Shown here: positions 24,001-27,787 of the stretch, piece after piece | Position numbering within the stretch: position 1 is the stretch's first letter | Layout: each line of letters begins with the position of its first letter | NCBI GenBank assembly: GCA_049325335.1 | Contig: JBMOMC010000007.1 | Span: 192,001 to 256,000 of the forward strand | DNA: 64,000 bases | From: Nitrospirota bacterium | GTDB taxonomy: Bacteria > Nitrospirota > Nitrospiria > 2-01-FULL-66-17 | Reading direction: 5' to 3' | Position numbers and translations under genes: made by a program | Notes under the pieces: generated by a model | Database searches by the model: none | The model's input: only the letters and a program-made list of their open reading frames with translations | What the model was told of the DNA's origin: nothing

Positions 24001-26434
24001 CCCGCTGCTCGCTCACGGTGACGGACGCCGAGGGCGTCCACACCAGGTTGAGCGCGCCCCCGTTATCCGCCGGCACGTCTGTGACACCCAAGCTGGTCGG
24101 GGCCACGGGCGGCGCGTTATCCAGCGGCACCGCGGACGCCTGCGTCGAGTCCACCGACGGCTGCGTCCCATCGAACGCTCTGAGCACGTAGTAATAGGTC
24201 GTCCCGTTGGTCAGGCCCGTGTCCGTGTAGGCCGCGGTCGTGTTATTCGTGAACGTGATCACCACGGTGTACGGCCCACCGCTGGTCGTACTGCGGTACA
24301 CGCGTTGCTCCGTGACATCCGGCGCCGTGGACACGGTCCACGCCAGGTTGATCGCCCCGCCGCTGTCGCTCGGCGTATCCACCGCGCTCACGCCCGTGGG
24401 CGCCGCCGGTATCAGGTTATCCAACGGCGCGAATGAGGCCTGATTGCTGTCCAGAGACAGTTGCGTCCCGTCCCACGCCCGCACCACGTAGTAATACGTG
24501 GTCCCATTGGTCAACCCCGTGTCCGTGTAGGCCGCAGTCGTGTTGTTCGTGAACGTGATCACCACGGTATACGGCCCGCCGCTCGTGGTGCTGCGGTACA
24601 CGCGTTGCTCCGTCACATCCGCCGCCGTGGACGGCGTCCATGCCAGATTCAGCGCCCCGCCGTTATCGCTCGGCGTATCCACCGCACTGAGACCCGTGGG
24701 CGCAACCGGAGCCAGATTATCCAGAGGCGCGGCTGAGGTTTGGACCGAATTTAATGACTCCTGGGTCCCGTCCCACGCCCGCACCACATAGTAGTACGGC
24801 GTCCCGTTGGTCAGCCCGGTGTTGGTGAACGTATTCGTGGTGTTGTTGGTAAACGTCGTGATCACCGTGTACGGGCCGCCGCTCGTAGTCGAGCGATACA
24901 CACGCTGCTGCGTCACGTCGGTCGATATCGAAGGCGTCCAGACCAGATCGAGCGAGCCGCCGTTGTCACTCGGCGTGTCCGTCGCATTGACGCCCGTCGG
25001 CGCTGACGGCGCCAGGTTGTCCAGCGGGGCGGCCGACAATTGGTTGCTGTTGACCGATTCCTGGGTCCCGTCGAACGCTCGTACGACGTAATAGTACATG
25101 GTGCCGTTGGCCAGCCCGGTGTTGGTGTACGTGCTCGTGGTGTTGTTCGTGAACGTGGTGACTACGGTGTACGGTCCGCCGCTGGTGGTGGAACGGTACA
25201 CGCGCTGTTCAGTCACGCCCCCCGCGGTGGATGGGGTCCACGTCAGATTGATCGCGCCGCCGTTGTCGGTTGGCGTGTCCAGCACCGACACGAGCGTGGG
25301 CGCCGACAACAGGGCAAACTGCACCACGAACCAACCCACATCCGCCGTGGCCCCCGAGTCCCCGCGCGTGACCTGGAGATTCGTGGTGGTCGTAAGGTTG
25401 TGTGTGAACGATCCCACCCCGGCGTTGTCGTCGGTGGCGAACGAGGTCCGACCGGCCGCCTGGCCGGTATGGCTCATGTTGGATGCGGAAAACGCGATAC
25501 TGCGGTTCAACACCACCGCGGAGATGGTATTGGGGGCGGTGGTCTGGGTGGTCGTCGTAAAGGTTGTGACTCCGGGTTGCACGGTCGTGCCGTCGGTAAG
25601 TGACACCACAAAATAGCGGATGTCCACCTGTTGCCCGGTGGCGGAGCGATCAAACGTCAACTGATTGGTCGCCGTGATCCGGCCCCGCACCAACTTCTGG
25701 CCGATGTTGGTGCCGGTGCCGGCCGCGGACTGATAGTTAAAAATCAAAAATGATGACGCCAGGTTTACCGCTGTGATCGTGGCCGTAATTGTTGCCGACG
25801 CGGCTGCCAGGGTGGCGGTCCCGGTCTGCACCGTGGCGCCGGAAGTAAACTGCACCACCTGGTACTCCACGGTCTGAGTGATCGCACTCGCAACCGCCGA
25901 GGTCAGTTGGAGGTTCGTGGTGGTGGTCAACGTGCCGCGAACAAAACCAGACCCGTCGAAGGTGCCGCCGGTCCGACGCTCGCTGAGCAACACGAACGAC
26001 TGCGCCAGGTTCACCGCCGTGGGGAGGGTCACGTTGAATGTGGCCGCGCCGTTTTTCGGCGCCGAGCCCCGCTGGACAAAGACCCCGGAGGTAAATTGCG
26101 CCACGTACCACCGGATCGAGATGGACCCAATGGTACCCTGGCGGGTGAAGGTGAGGGTGGTGCTGTTGGTGAGCTGGCCGCTGACCGACCCGCTGTTGGG
26201 CGAGGCCGCGCCCGTCGACGTGGCCTCAAACCACAGGATGCTCTGGCTCGGCACCACAGCGGTGATGGTGACCGGCGCCGCAGTGGTGGTGGCGCCAGCC
26301 GCGATGGTCGCGGTGCCGGTTTGTACGCCGTTGGTGGGGTGTATGGCTGCGCTACGCGCCTGCGGCGGGAACCAGGCCGCGACGATCAGAAGACTGATGA
26401 AGGGAGTGAGTGCTTTGAGTATCGTCCTGTGCAC
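1..26434 (-). CDS. Giant secreted repetitive surface protein/adhesin (FN3 repeats, FG-GAP propeller, cadherin-like Ig domains); 3' end outside window, at least 8811 aa
   Basis: Manual translation of both ends and sampled internal blocks. GTG at 26434 gives MHRTILKALTPFISLLIVAAWFPPQARS-AAIHP (Sec-type signal). The same frame reads ...GGGVYARTITLNAGAPVVSGDLLIVT at bases 2-80. The ORF track lists no stop-terminated ORF in this frame, consistent with no internal stop. An alternative TTG start lies near 26548. Confidence 0.93.
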   Translation of the reverse strand, partial: MHRTILKALTPFISLLIVAAWFPPQARSAAIHPTNGVQTGTATIAAGATTTAAPVTITAVVPSQSILWFEATSTGAASPNSGSVSGQLTNSTTLTFTRQGTIGSISIRWYVAQFTSGVFVQRGSAPKNGAATFNVTLPTAVNLAQSFVLLSERRTGGTFDGSGFVRGTLTTTTNLQLTSAVASAITQTVEYQVVQFTSGATVQTGTATLAAASATITATITAVNLASSFLIFNYQSAAGTGTNIGQKLVRGRITATNQLTFDRSATGQQVDIRYFVVSLTDGTTVQPGVTTFTTTTQTTAPNTISAVVLNRSIAFSASNMSHTGQAAGRTSFATDDNAGVGSFTHNLTTTTNLQVTRGDSGATADVGWFVVQFALLSAPTLVSVLDTPTDNGGAINLTWTPSTAGGVTEQRVYRSTTSGGPYTVVTTFTNNTTSTYTNTGLANGTMYYYVVRAFDGTQESVNSNQLSAAPLDNLAPSAPTGVNATDTPSDNGGSLDLVWTPSISTDVTQQRVYRSTTSGGPYTVITTFTNNTTNTFTNTGLTNGTPYYYVVRAWDGTQESLNSVQTSAAPLDNLAPVAPTGLSAVDTPSDNGGALNLAWTPSTAADVTEQRVYRSTTSGGPYTVVITFTNNTTAAYTDTGLTNGTTYYYVVRAWDGTQLSLDSNQASFAPLDNLIPAAPTGVSAVDTPSDSGGAINLAWTVSTAPDVTEQRVYRSTTSGGPYTVVITFTNNTTAAYTDTGLTNGTTYYYVLRAFDGTQPSVDSTQASAVPLDNAPPVAPTSLGVTDVPADNGGALNLVWTPSASVTVSEQRVYRSLTSGGPYTVVTTIGNNTTSAYTDTGLTNGTTYYYVVRAVNVAVESPNSNQASFAPVDNLAPAAPTGVTAVDTPSDNGGALNLAWTASTAPDVTQQRAYRSTTSGGPYTIVTTILNNTTTAYTDTGLTNGTTYYYVIRAYDGTQESTDSNQASFAPVDNVAPAAPTGAAATDTPSDNGGAIDVVWTVSASTDVTQQRVYRGTTSGGPYTVVTTIMNNTTTTYTDIGLTNGTTYYYVVRAYDGTQESAMSSQASAAPLDNTAPAAPTTLTASDVAGDQGGAIALSWVPSISGDVTSQRVYRSTVSGGPYAVITTIANNTTTTYTDTGLTNGTTYYYVVRAFDGTLESANSNQAAQAPIDNTPPPPPTAPSAGDAGGDNGGAVTLLWTPSTAPDVTQQRVYRSTTSGGPYTVVATILNNTTSTYTDTGLTNGTTYYYVIRAFDGTVESTASAQMAAVPLDDTPPAAPTGLTTVDTPSDNGGALNLAWTVSTALDVTEQRVYRSLAAGGPYSVITTIANNTTTTYTDTGLTNGTPYYYVLRAWDGTQESVNSLESSAAPLDNVAPAAPTALSAADTPSDTGGSITLNWTVSASTDVTQQRVYRSTTSGGPYTVITTIANNTTTTYADTGLTNGTTYYYVVRAFDGTFVSADSNQASAVPFDNTVAAAPTGLSATDVLGDQGGAISLAWTPSISAGVTEQRVYRSTTSGGPYSVVITFTNNTTTAYTNTGLTNGTPYYYVVRAFNGSVESPDSNQASAAPVDNLAPAAPTGLAASDRPADNGGAIDLLWSVSASSDVTEQRIYRSLTSGPYTVITTILNNTTTTYTDTGLTNGTTYYYVIRAYDATQESANSNEANAVPVDNIPAGAPTSLTVVDHPADQGFVLDLAWTPSTAIDAVGQRIYRSLTSGGPYTVVATFANNTTSTYTDTGLSNFTTYYYVVRAFDGTQESPSSNEANAVPLDNLAPTAPTTLNVVDRPADQGFALDLAWTPSNSTDVTQQRIYRSTTSGGPYTVIATIGNNTTTTYTDTGLANGTTYYYILRAFDATQESANSNQASAAPLDNLLPAAPTTLSAVDHAADQGFALDLAWTPSVSTDVVQQRIYRSLTAGGPYTVIATVLNNTTATYADTGLSNFTAYYYMVRAFDATQESANSNEASQTPVDNLAPAAPTSLNAVDHPADQGFEIDLTWTPSVSTDVTQQRLYRSLTTGGPYTVVTTFLNNTTAAFTDTGLTNDTTYYYVVRAFDATQESANSNEDNAAPIDNIASPAPTGLTAVDHPADQGFALDLAWTPSVSIDVVQQRIYRSLTTGGPYTVVATIPNNTTSIYTDAGLANFTAYYYVVRAFDGTQLSPDSNEASSTPVDNIAPNAPTTLTVVDHPADQGFALDLAWTPSTSTDVTQQRIYRSTTSGGPYSVVATIANNTTTTFTDTGLANFTVYYYVIRAYDATQESVNSTQASATPIDNIAPTAPTALTAVDHPLDEGFALDLAWTPSTSTDVTQQRIYRSTTSGGPYTVIVTFLNNTTTTHTDTGLTNGTTYYYVVRAFDATQESANSNQSGAFPIDNIASAAPTALTVVDHPADQGFALDLAWTPSTSIDAVGQRVYRSTTTGGPYTVVATFANNTTATFTDTGLANFTAYYYVVRAYDGTQESPDSNEASATPIDNLAPAAPTALTATDRPADQGFAIDLVWAVSASTDVTQQRIYRSLTPGGPYTVVTTILNNTTTTFTDTGLTNFTPYYYIIRAYDATQESANSNESSATPMDNIAPNAPAAFSVSDHPSDQGFALDLVWTPSISTDVTQQRIYRSLTTGGPYTVITTIANNTTSTYTDTGLANFTTYYYVIRAFDATQESLNSAQASAIPIDNIAPATPTTLTAADHPVDQGFAIDLAWTPSVSTDVTQQRIYRSLTSGGPYSVITTITNNTTATYTDTGLTNGTTYYYMVRAFDATQESANSNEANAVPLDNVGPNPPTSLVVVDHPADQGFSLDLSWTPSNAIDAVGQRVYRSTTTGGPYTVIATIGNNTTAALTDTGLLNFTRYYYIVRAFDGTQESVNSNEASEVPVDNIAPAAPTGLLAVDHPLDQGFSLDLTWTPSVSTDVTQQRLYRSTTSGGPYTVVATFLNNTTASYTDTGLANFTTYYYMIRAYDATQESANSTQTSAVPIDNIPPTAPTGLLAVDHPLDQGFSLDLTWTPSVSTDVTQQRLYRSTTSGGPYTVVVTFFDNTTSSYTDTGLSNFTTYYYIIRAYDATQESANSSQTSAVPIDNLGPEAPTGLLAVDHPADQGFSLDLTWTPSISTDAVGQRIYRSLTSGGPYTVIATIANNTTTVYTDTGLLNFTTYYYIIRAYDGTQESVNSNQTFATPIDNIPPNAPTGVVAVDRPLDQGFAINLAWTVSTSIDVVQQRIYRSTTSGGPYAVIRTFADNTTTAYTDLGLANGVTYYYIIRAFDATQESADSNQTSAVPIDNLPPLGPTGLTAVDTPSDQGGSLDLSWNVNGEADVAGYILYRSTVNGGPYTRVNVALITGTTYRDSGLTNGTTYYYVLTAQDVSGNESLRSNQASAVPLDNVAPVAPVGLVAMDHPADQGDAIDLSWTVSQSPDVTQQRVYRSTVSGGPYTVVATLGAAATTHTDSGLTTGTPYFYMVRAFDGAQESVNSNQATAVPLDNLAPVAPTALAAVDHPNDQGTALDLSWTPSTSSDVTQQRIYRGTAAGGPYVVVATLTGNPQAAYTDNGLIPGTAYYYVVRAWDSANESVNSNQAAGTPLDNLAPDAPTNLTAVDHPADQGGAIDLTWAANTEPDLAGYYVYRATTSGGPYTQITPTAITSAAYTDSTAATGTTHFYVVRAVDTRNNVSGNSNQAVAMALDNLAPAPPTGVIIADRPVDQGDGLILSWSANTESDLAGYHVYRATVSGGPYTRVTTNPLTATTYTDTGLSPGVSYFYVLRAIDIHGNESPASGQVTLAPIDNLAPAAPIGLAVTDHPSDQGTALDLDWTNNPEPDLAGYNVYRASASGGPYTLLNTAGLLTVSRYTDSPLTVNVRYYYVVRAMDVYGNLSAPSLEASGIPLDNTPPAAPTNALAADQPGDQGGVLVLTWTPSVSGDTIEQHVYRSTSSGGPYALIAVLLNNTTTGYTDFGLTNGTTYYYVVRAFDGASESANSNQTQAVPIDNLPPSAPVGVTVTDRPADQGDALIVSWTANTESDLAGYAVYRSGASGGPFTRVNGPLIPAGTTSYTDTGLTRGVTYYYVVRALDQSGNESAPSTETSGTPLDNVPPAAPTGLIVTDHPYDAGTALDLAWAENPEPDIAGYHVYRALASAGPYTRVTTTPVAALTYTDTGLTVNATYYYRITAVDTSDNESAQSAPPVSGVPLPDITPPAQVTNFVASDGEPARVTLTWTHPADLDLTQVVVKRRSGSYPTSHLDGVTVYDNPAAVPGRNAAFSDGGLRAGTYYYAVYSRDAIGNWNDLTTPGANADTGTPIAVPFNRMTIELGSDADVTFNGVLNGDQSGFAVASDGDINADTIGDVAIGAENAGTPVPCPAEFGTATDCPRGEVRVVFGSSTLPSIFEPTAADVVITGSNPGDRLGTATANAGDLDGDGVADLVIGARQADRVYPPPTNTGNEGRVYVFFSRSSYPSPVTADDADLIIGGPSLGGEAGSYVSTEGDLNGDGINDLVIGAPKANGGNGAVYVVFGRAAWASCRTTPCALDLSTAADVTIIGYRNAQFDQAAPGAGRIAAGGDINGDNFSDIVIGSSGFSPLSRAAAGATFVILGRPTLPVVIDLQTSADIKIYGATAGDQFGSSVAVSGDVDGDGLADVAIGAQQADPSGRTNAGRVYVFTGNGSYTACQTTPCVIDLASSAADMVINGIVPGDQLAKANALDTAGDVDGDGIDDIVIGALLGDPAARTNAGQAYAVFGRNPLPSVVELGTEADVTMNGVLPGDATGYSVSSGSSIKGRACDSGSDILIGANGADPSGRVDAGQTYAVYGPFRQLPPVLTVIGDLTVNEGNSSAVTITACDPNNDPIAFSMSPPLTFASFVDNGNGTATLTLTPGFADAGLYTVTVTASDNGLPPLTDSETFTIRILNVNRPPVLNPIGDQIVNEGTTTDVVITATDADGGPLVFAVLNLPAFATFTDNGNGTALLRLAPGYADSGVYPGVTVSVSDSESSPAFDSEVFSVTVTNVNRVPVLSPIANPVLDEGTIVDIPITAGDPDGDALTVSATNLPAFASLLPTGNGTGLLHLAPNYTHAGTYPSVVITVQDNGNPILSASQTITITVNDVNRPPVLTPIGDLTVNEGATNGVPLTASDPDGNTVTLSATGLPAFAVLTPTGNGTATLTLAPGYGTAGVYAGVTVIATDNGTPTLTANETFRIIVLDVPPAAPTGLIAADHPADQGGAIDLAWNANTEVDLAGYHVYRRTSTLAPYVRVTAAYVVTTTYTDTRLTNGVAYEYVIRAVDQSNQEGPASASATATPVDNLAPAAPTGLLAVPGPELAGGTAVLTWNANVEPDVIGYNVYRALASAGPYTQVTGSAVTATTYTDTGLTNGTLYYYQVRALDGTNESPASNTASVTPVDRIPPAAPTGVSAVDRPADQGGAIIVAWSANNEPDLAGYRVYRAPSSSGAFALLTPTLLTGTTFTDTGLVNNVAVFYVVRSVDTSGNESADSLEVSATPLDNIAPIAPTGLVVTDHPADQGGSLDLAWVASASTDVTGYHVYRSTTSGGPYTQVTTSALTVTSYTDGGLTNGLTYFYVVRALDSANQSANSNQSSGIPLDNVGPSAPTGVSVVDRPADQGGALVIAWAANGESDLAGYHVLRGPAAGGPFTQVNGAVIVGTTYTDTGLTNGTTYFYVVRAVDTSANQSANSAVVSAAPVDDGFPVAPINVTASDRPSDEGGAINITWTANTEPDLAGYNLYRGTIAGGPYVRLNGALLTGTSTVDTAGLSNGTRYYYVLRAVDTATNEGAASSETSAIPLDNLAPLAPTGLTAADRPADAGGAIELSWSPSTSTDVVGYQVWRGTAAGGPYNALTPAVAVTTFTDTGLNNGTTYYYRVRALDGVNQSADSDEASASPVNDIGAPSRPVGLTAADVPADNGGAVVLNWTANTEPNLSGYNLYRGATSGGPYSTVVNAGLITGTTYTDLGLANGVTVYYVLTAVNTSLSESAPSFQAFAAPLDNVAPTPPTGVTATDTPGDQGTALTISWTASVSGDVTGYHVYRALVSGGPYTRINAALVTATTYLDQGLVLGTPYYYMVRAFDGTNEGANSLEAVGTPLDNLAPAAPTSVAAVDRPLDQGGAVNLTWTPSVSSDVSAQHVYRATTSGGPYTQITSITNNSSTTLTDTGLTNGTTYYYVLRAFDGTQESVNSNQASAAPADNMAPPQVVNFSASDNAPLGSTLSWTNPNVADLGEVLIKRRTGSYPTGHLDGAAATVYTTTSPVIGGSVSISDTGLTAGVTYYYAVFSRDLTGNWNDAVTAGSNADTATPASAPDTTPPAVPTGLTAADRPTDQGSVLDLAWTANTEPDLAGYHVYRALASGGPYTRVTLALLAASPFQDSGLVNGTVYFYGVTAVDAAGNESARSAPASAAPIDNMPPAAPNAVTATDHPADQGGAIDLTWAVSVSADVIAQRVYRSTSSGGPYAVVLTLTDNTTNSVTDTGVTTGVTYYYVLRAFDGTSESLNSSQTFAAPLDNIAPPQVSNFGASDGASTQSTLSWTNPIASDLAEVLVKRKTGSYPAGHADSAAATVYSNASAASGGSVNIVDTGLTNGTVYFYAVYARDQAGNWNDTTTAGLNADTALPQGAGAAPLPPTALSGADVPLDNGGSVTLNWTPSTSVTVTQQRVYRSVVSGFSYVLVQTFMNQTTSTWTDSGLVNGTTYYYVVRAFDGALESPNSNEAAATPLDNIPPSAPTVLAAQDRPADLGGAVSLTWVLSSSPDVSQYRVLRAGTSGGPYTLAGSTAGTATAFIDSGLTNGTTYYYVVRAWDGTFESPMSAEASAVPRSNAAEYLHQETSAVDSLYRRLKQDAPGTNGDPISSLASYQTINLANEVPGSFFIEAFETQSNDPGGAVTIPAGSVFRVMLYMDKTTDLSGSGVLYPRASVSRVDASAVRTTVCVADDATNPGLAPLTAAITALTFNCLNTSPVTLAVTDRLWLWTGVRLSTSPTINVSARLFVEGTVSSPPAYQSRLTIPWNETTPPSAPSGLAAADYPNDNGDAVDLSWTGVPDPDVAGYVLYRSTINGGPYTRVNTYPSLITSYTDRGLTAGTVYYYVVRSYDTSGNESSNSNQASVTPLDTVPPPAVLDFAAGDGADSGSTLSWTNPFDPTLAQVLVARRIGAYPTGHADPSAIVAYNSTSPASGGSVSVFDTGLVNGTTYFYAVYTRDTAGNWNDATTPAGNADTAVPSGFAPAAPTGVTAADRPADEGGAITLNWTPSAAPGIIEQRAFRSTSNGGPYTLIATLAGNTTASYLDIGLVNGVTYFYVVRAWNGTQESGDSNQASAAPLDNSAPAAPTGLNVVDTPADNGTALNLSWTPSTSLDVVQQRIYRATTSGGPYAQVQGVGAAASTYTDTGLTPGTTYYYVVRAFDGSQESADSNEDSAAPFNDVFVAAPTGLTAADAPSDTGTALSLSWTPSVTTTVTEQRLYRSLTSGGPYSVVATITNNTTSSYVDAGLTAGTAYYYVIRAWNGLAESGNSGETSSAPIDNRAPTNVTATDTPGDQGGSIDLSWTPSPMPGLIEQRVYRSTTSGGPYTVILTIPNNTTGSAVNTGLATGTRYYYVIRAFNGTVESANSVETSAIPLDNIAPAAPTFPTAADTPADNGGAIDLTWTVSTSTDVTAQRIYRSTTSGGPYTQVFAIPNNTTTTYTDLALVNGVTFYYVLRAFDGSNESPNSAQVAASPLDNIAPAAPTTLAASDVPADNGGVLALTWTPSTSPDVTQQRLYRGTVSGGPYTVVATIPNNIVSGYTDSGLVNGVAYFYVVRAFDATQESLNSNQASASPLDNIAPAAPTGLSATDVLADNGGAVSLIWTPSTSSDVTAQRIYRSTTGGGPYSLLATITNNTATSYTDTGLVNGVTYFYILRAFDGTNESSDSNQSSAAPVDNLAPAAPTGVSAADTPADQGGALTLTWTVSSASDVIQQRIYRSTTSGGPYTVVATITNNSTSTFTDTGLTNGTLYFYILRTFDATQESVNSTQVSAVPDDDLAPAAPTTLSAVDTPGDAGGAVNLAWTVSSATDVTQQRIYRSTTSGGPYSVIATILNNTTSTLTDTGLTNGTTYYYVVRAYDATQESGNSNQAFAVPLNNLAPNPPTGLSAADVGGDNGGAVSLLWTPSTSGGITQQRVYRSTTSGGPYSVIATILNNTTSTLTDTGLTNGTTYYYVLRVFDGSLESGNSNQALATPADNLAPAAPTGVSAADVVADQGGAIVLTWTVSSAPDVTQQRVYRSTTSGGPYTVITTIANNTTSTYTDTGLTNGTTYYYVVRAYDGTQESPDSNQASAVPMDNTPPSGLSATDVLADNGGALSLAWTPSPASGVTQQRVYRSTTSGGPYTVITTILNNTTGTLTDTGLTNGTTYYYVVRAYNGITESANSNQAFATPADNLAPAAPTSVSAADVLADQGGAIVLNWAVSTAPDVTQQRIYRSTTSGGPYTVIATIAGNTTTTVTDTGLTNGITYYYVLRAFDGSLESGNSNQASASPADNIVPTAPTGLTAADTPGNGGAINLAWTLSTAPDVIQQRVYRSTVSGGPYSVVTTFTNNTTTTYTDTGLANGTTYYYVIRAFDGTQESVNSNEALAAPINDSPVATLTITSRPQALQGSATSGPVSFTALDAGSNPVTGTATLSSTSPTMSFSTNGIIFGATSVSFTDGSGLFYVRDTGATSTTPSVATVTLTANAVNARQTETINVAGSGLAGRVALFQVDVSPMTVPATLPQTLTLRHWVLDQDGNPVTTLTATSFPSANVTIRNTRTAANLTNGTNFTVGATVTNVGGGVYARTITLNAGAPVVSGDLLIVT
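640..5450 (-). repeat. About 16 tandem FN3-like repeats (~100 aa each) in the giant ORF
   Basis: Recurrent L.W..S...V.QQR.YRSTTSGGPY...Y.DTGL.NGT.YYYVVRAFD...ES..SN motif at ~300-bp spacing. Confidence 0.88.
6050..10900 (-). repeat. About 16 tandem FN3-like repeats in the giant ORF
   Basis: Same FN3 motif, many with the N.E.DLAGY.VYR variant; counted from YYY-motif positions. Confidence 0.88.
10900..12050 (-). repeat. Four cadherin-like/He_PIG-type Ig domains in the giant ORF
   Basis: Four units of NRPPVL.PIGD..VNEG...ITA.DPDGD......LPAFA.....GNGTA.L.LAPGY..AG.Y..V...D. Confidence 0.8.
12060..13590 (-). repeat. FG-GAP / integrin-alpha-like 7-bladed beta-propeller in the giant ORF
   Basis: Six GD(I/L/V)(N/D)xDx..D(L/I/V).IG motifs, each followed by G..Y/F-V.FG-like strands, plus a degenerate seventh blade (SIKGRACDSGSDILIGA). 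Confidence 0.88.
13600..25310 (-). repeat. About 39 tandem FN3-like repeats in the giant ORF
   Basis: The gtagtagtac-type (YYY) motif recurs at exact 300-bp intervals over 16691-21491 and 21788-25088. Confidence 0.9.
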
Positions 26435-26834
26435 GTCGACGCCTAACCGGATCCGCCCTGCTCCGGCTGCTCTGTCGCTTACCTCGTCACCATGCAGAAT
26501 CCGGGTTTCCCTACACGGTTCGGCAACATCGTGATACCGGCGCCGCAAGGAACAACCCGCTCACACGCTACAATTACGGAAACGTTATAAAAAGACATTC
26601 GACCGGTTATAGAGGAAGCAAGATTCGGGGCACTCGCCCATTTAATCATCGGCTTTTGTCCGCCTGCTACGTGAAGAGAATCCCTGACAGCCGTTTTTAA
26701 GACGGATTTCCAAGGGTTAGAGGCAAACTACCCCTTACTTAAGACCGAGACTAAAGCCGAAACATTCTGGTAAGTGGAGAATAAAAAAACCAGGGGAAAT
26801 CGCGACAATAGGAGAATTAGGACATAGTTGGGAC

Positions 26835-26868
26835 AAAAAAACGGGAGGCCCGTTTCCGGGCCCCCCGT
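26835..26868 (-). terminator. Rho-independent terminator downstream of the cytochrome c gene
   Basis: On the minus strand, GC hairpin ACGGGGGGCCCG-GAAA-CGGGCCTCCCGT followed by a T-run, ~25 nt after the stop at 26894. Confidence 0.75.
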
Positions 26869-26893
26869 GGGCACTCAATTCGGTTCGACTAGG

Positions 26894-27340
26894 TTATTTC
26901 GCGCCACCAAGCGAACGGACGTAGGCGATCGCTTGCCAGGCCTCTTCGTCGGTGATCATCGCCGGAGCGTAGGCGATCATGCCGGTGCCCGGGCTCCCGT
27001 TCTTCACCACCCAGAACATCTCACCCTCGGTGCGGATCTTCGCGAATTCCGGATTGGTGAAGTTGCGCGGCGACGGATCCAGCGCCGCGCCGGCAGGGCC
27101 GTCGCCCTTACCAGTTTGGCCGTGGCAGGTAAAGCAGGTGCCCTTGCCCTCAAAGATGGCCTTGCCCTTCGCAATGACATCCGGCGTCATCTTCAACGGG
27201 CTCTTCGTATCCTTGGCTTTCTGCAACTCACCAGCCGGCACGCGGGGCATTTTGATGTCCTTCTCCGCCGCAACCGCCACGCCCGTGGCGAATGCCAGCC
27301 CGACCACGCCAGCAACTAATACTCCCGTGCTCTTCCTCAT
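26894..27340 (-). CDS. Periplasmic monoheme cytochrome c
   Basis: Signal peptide, CFTCH heme motif, candidate distal Met in GSPGTGM, GGAGG RBS. Confidence 0.93.
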   Translation of the reverse strand: MRKSTGVLVAGVVGLAFATGVAVAAEKDIKMPRVPAGELQKAKDTKSPLKMTPDVIAKGKAIFEGKGTCFTCHGQTGKGDGPAGAALDPSPRNFTNPEFAKIRTEGEMFWVVKNGSPGTGMIAYAPAMITDEEAWQAIAYVRSLGGAK

Positions 27341-27390
27341 GGACCGTTCCTCCTTCTGGATGAATAAAGTGAGCCCCTACTTGCCTCGGT

Positions 27391-27729
27391 CTATTCGACC
27401 TTCACGGTGACCGACGCCTTGGCATCGAGCGGCTCGTGGTCGCTGCTGTACGCCTGGACCGTGACTTCATGTACGCCCTTGGATAACCCCTTCACCACCG
27501 TTGATGCACCGGTTGTCACCGGCTTCATCTGGCCGCCGTCGACAAACACATGAACATGATCGGCTCGCCCAACCTTTTCCTGCGCCCACGTTACGGTCAC
27601 GTCGCTCCCGACCACGGCATTCGGCTTGGGAGAGACCACCGTCACCGTGCCGTCCGCGGCGCGGGAGACAAGATTCGACGACACGATCAGCCCCCCCGCC
27701 AACGCCATGGCCACAACCCCGCGTCTCAC
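27391..27729 (-). CDS. Small secreted Ig-like protein with His motifs (HVHVFVDG...H...DH), possibly metal-binding
   Basis: Signal peptide ending SRA-AD, beta-strand pattern, located between two co-oriented cytochrome genes. Confidence 0.7.
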   Translation of the reverse strand: MRRGVVAMALAGGLIVSSNLVSRAADGTVTVVSPKPNAVVGSDVTVTWAQEKVGRADHVHVFVDGGQMKPVTTGASTVVKGLSKGVHEVTVQAYSSDHEPLDAKASVTVKVE

Positions 27730-27787
27730 TCAGCCATTGCCTCACAAGACGTGAACCAACGCAGAATATTCACGCGGAGACACACCG

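Noticed and set aside
640..25310. Periodic repeats as a CRISPR array or a DGR template/variable repeat pair
   Set aside because: The period is a ~300-bp coding domain with mostly synonymous divergence. There are no unique spacers, cas genes or reverse transcriptase, and no evident adenine-specific variation.
227..26534. Many long plus-strand and off-frame ORFs (e.g. 1721-4099, 11279-13342, 18365-20392)
   Set aside because: Arg/Gly/Val-rich shadow frames of the giant minus-strand gene, with no recognisable motifs.
26617..26632. sigma54-like TGCCCCGAATCTTGCT upstream of the giant gene
   Set aside because: It lacks the invariant GG at -24, so I did not call it, although the -12 element matches.
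26722..26760. GGCAAAC...AAAGCC resembling a c-di-GMP-I riboswitch
   Set aside because: Wrong strand for the giant gene, and no pairing P2 stem with a GNRA loop.
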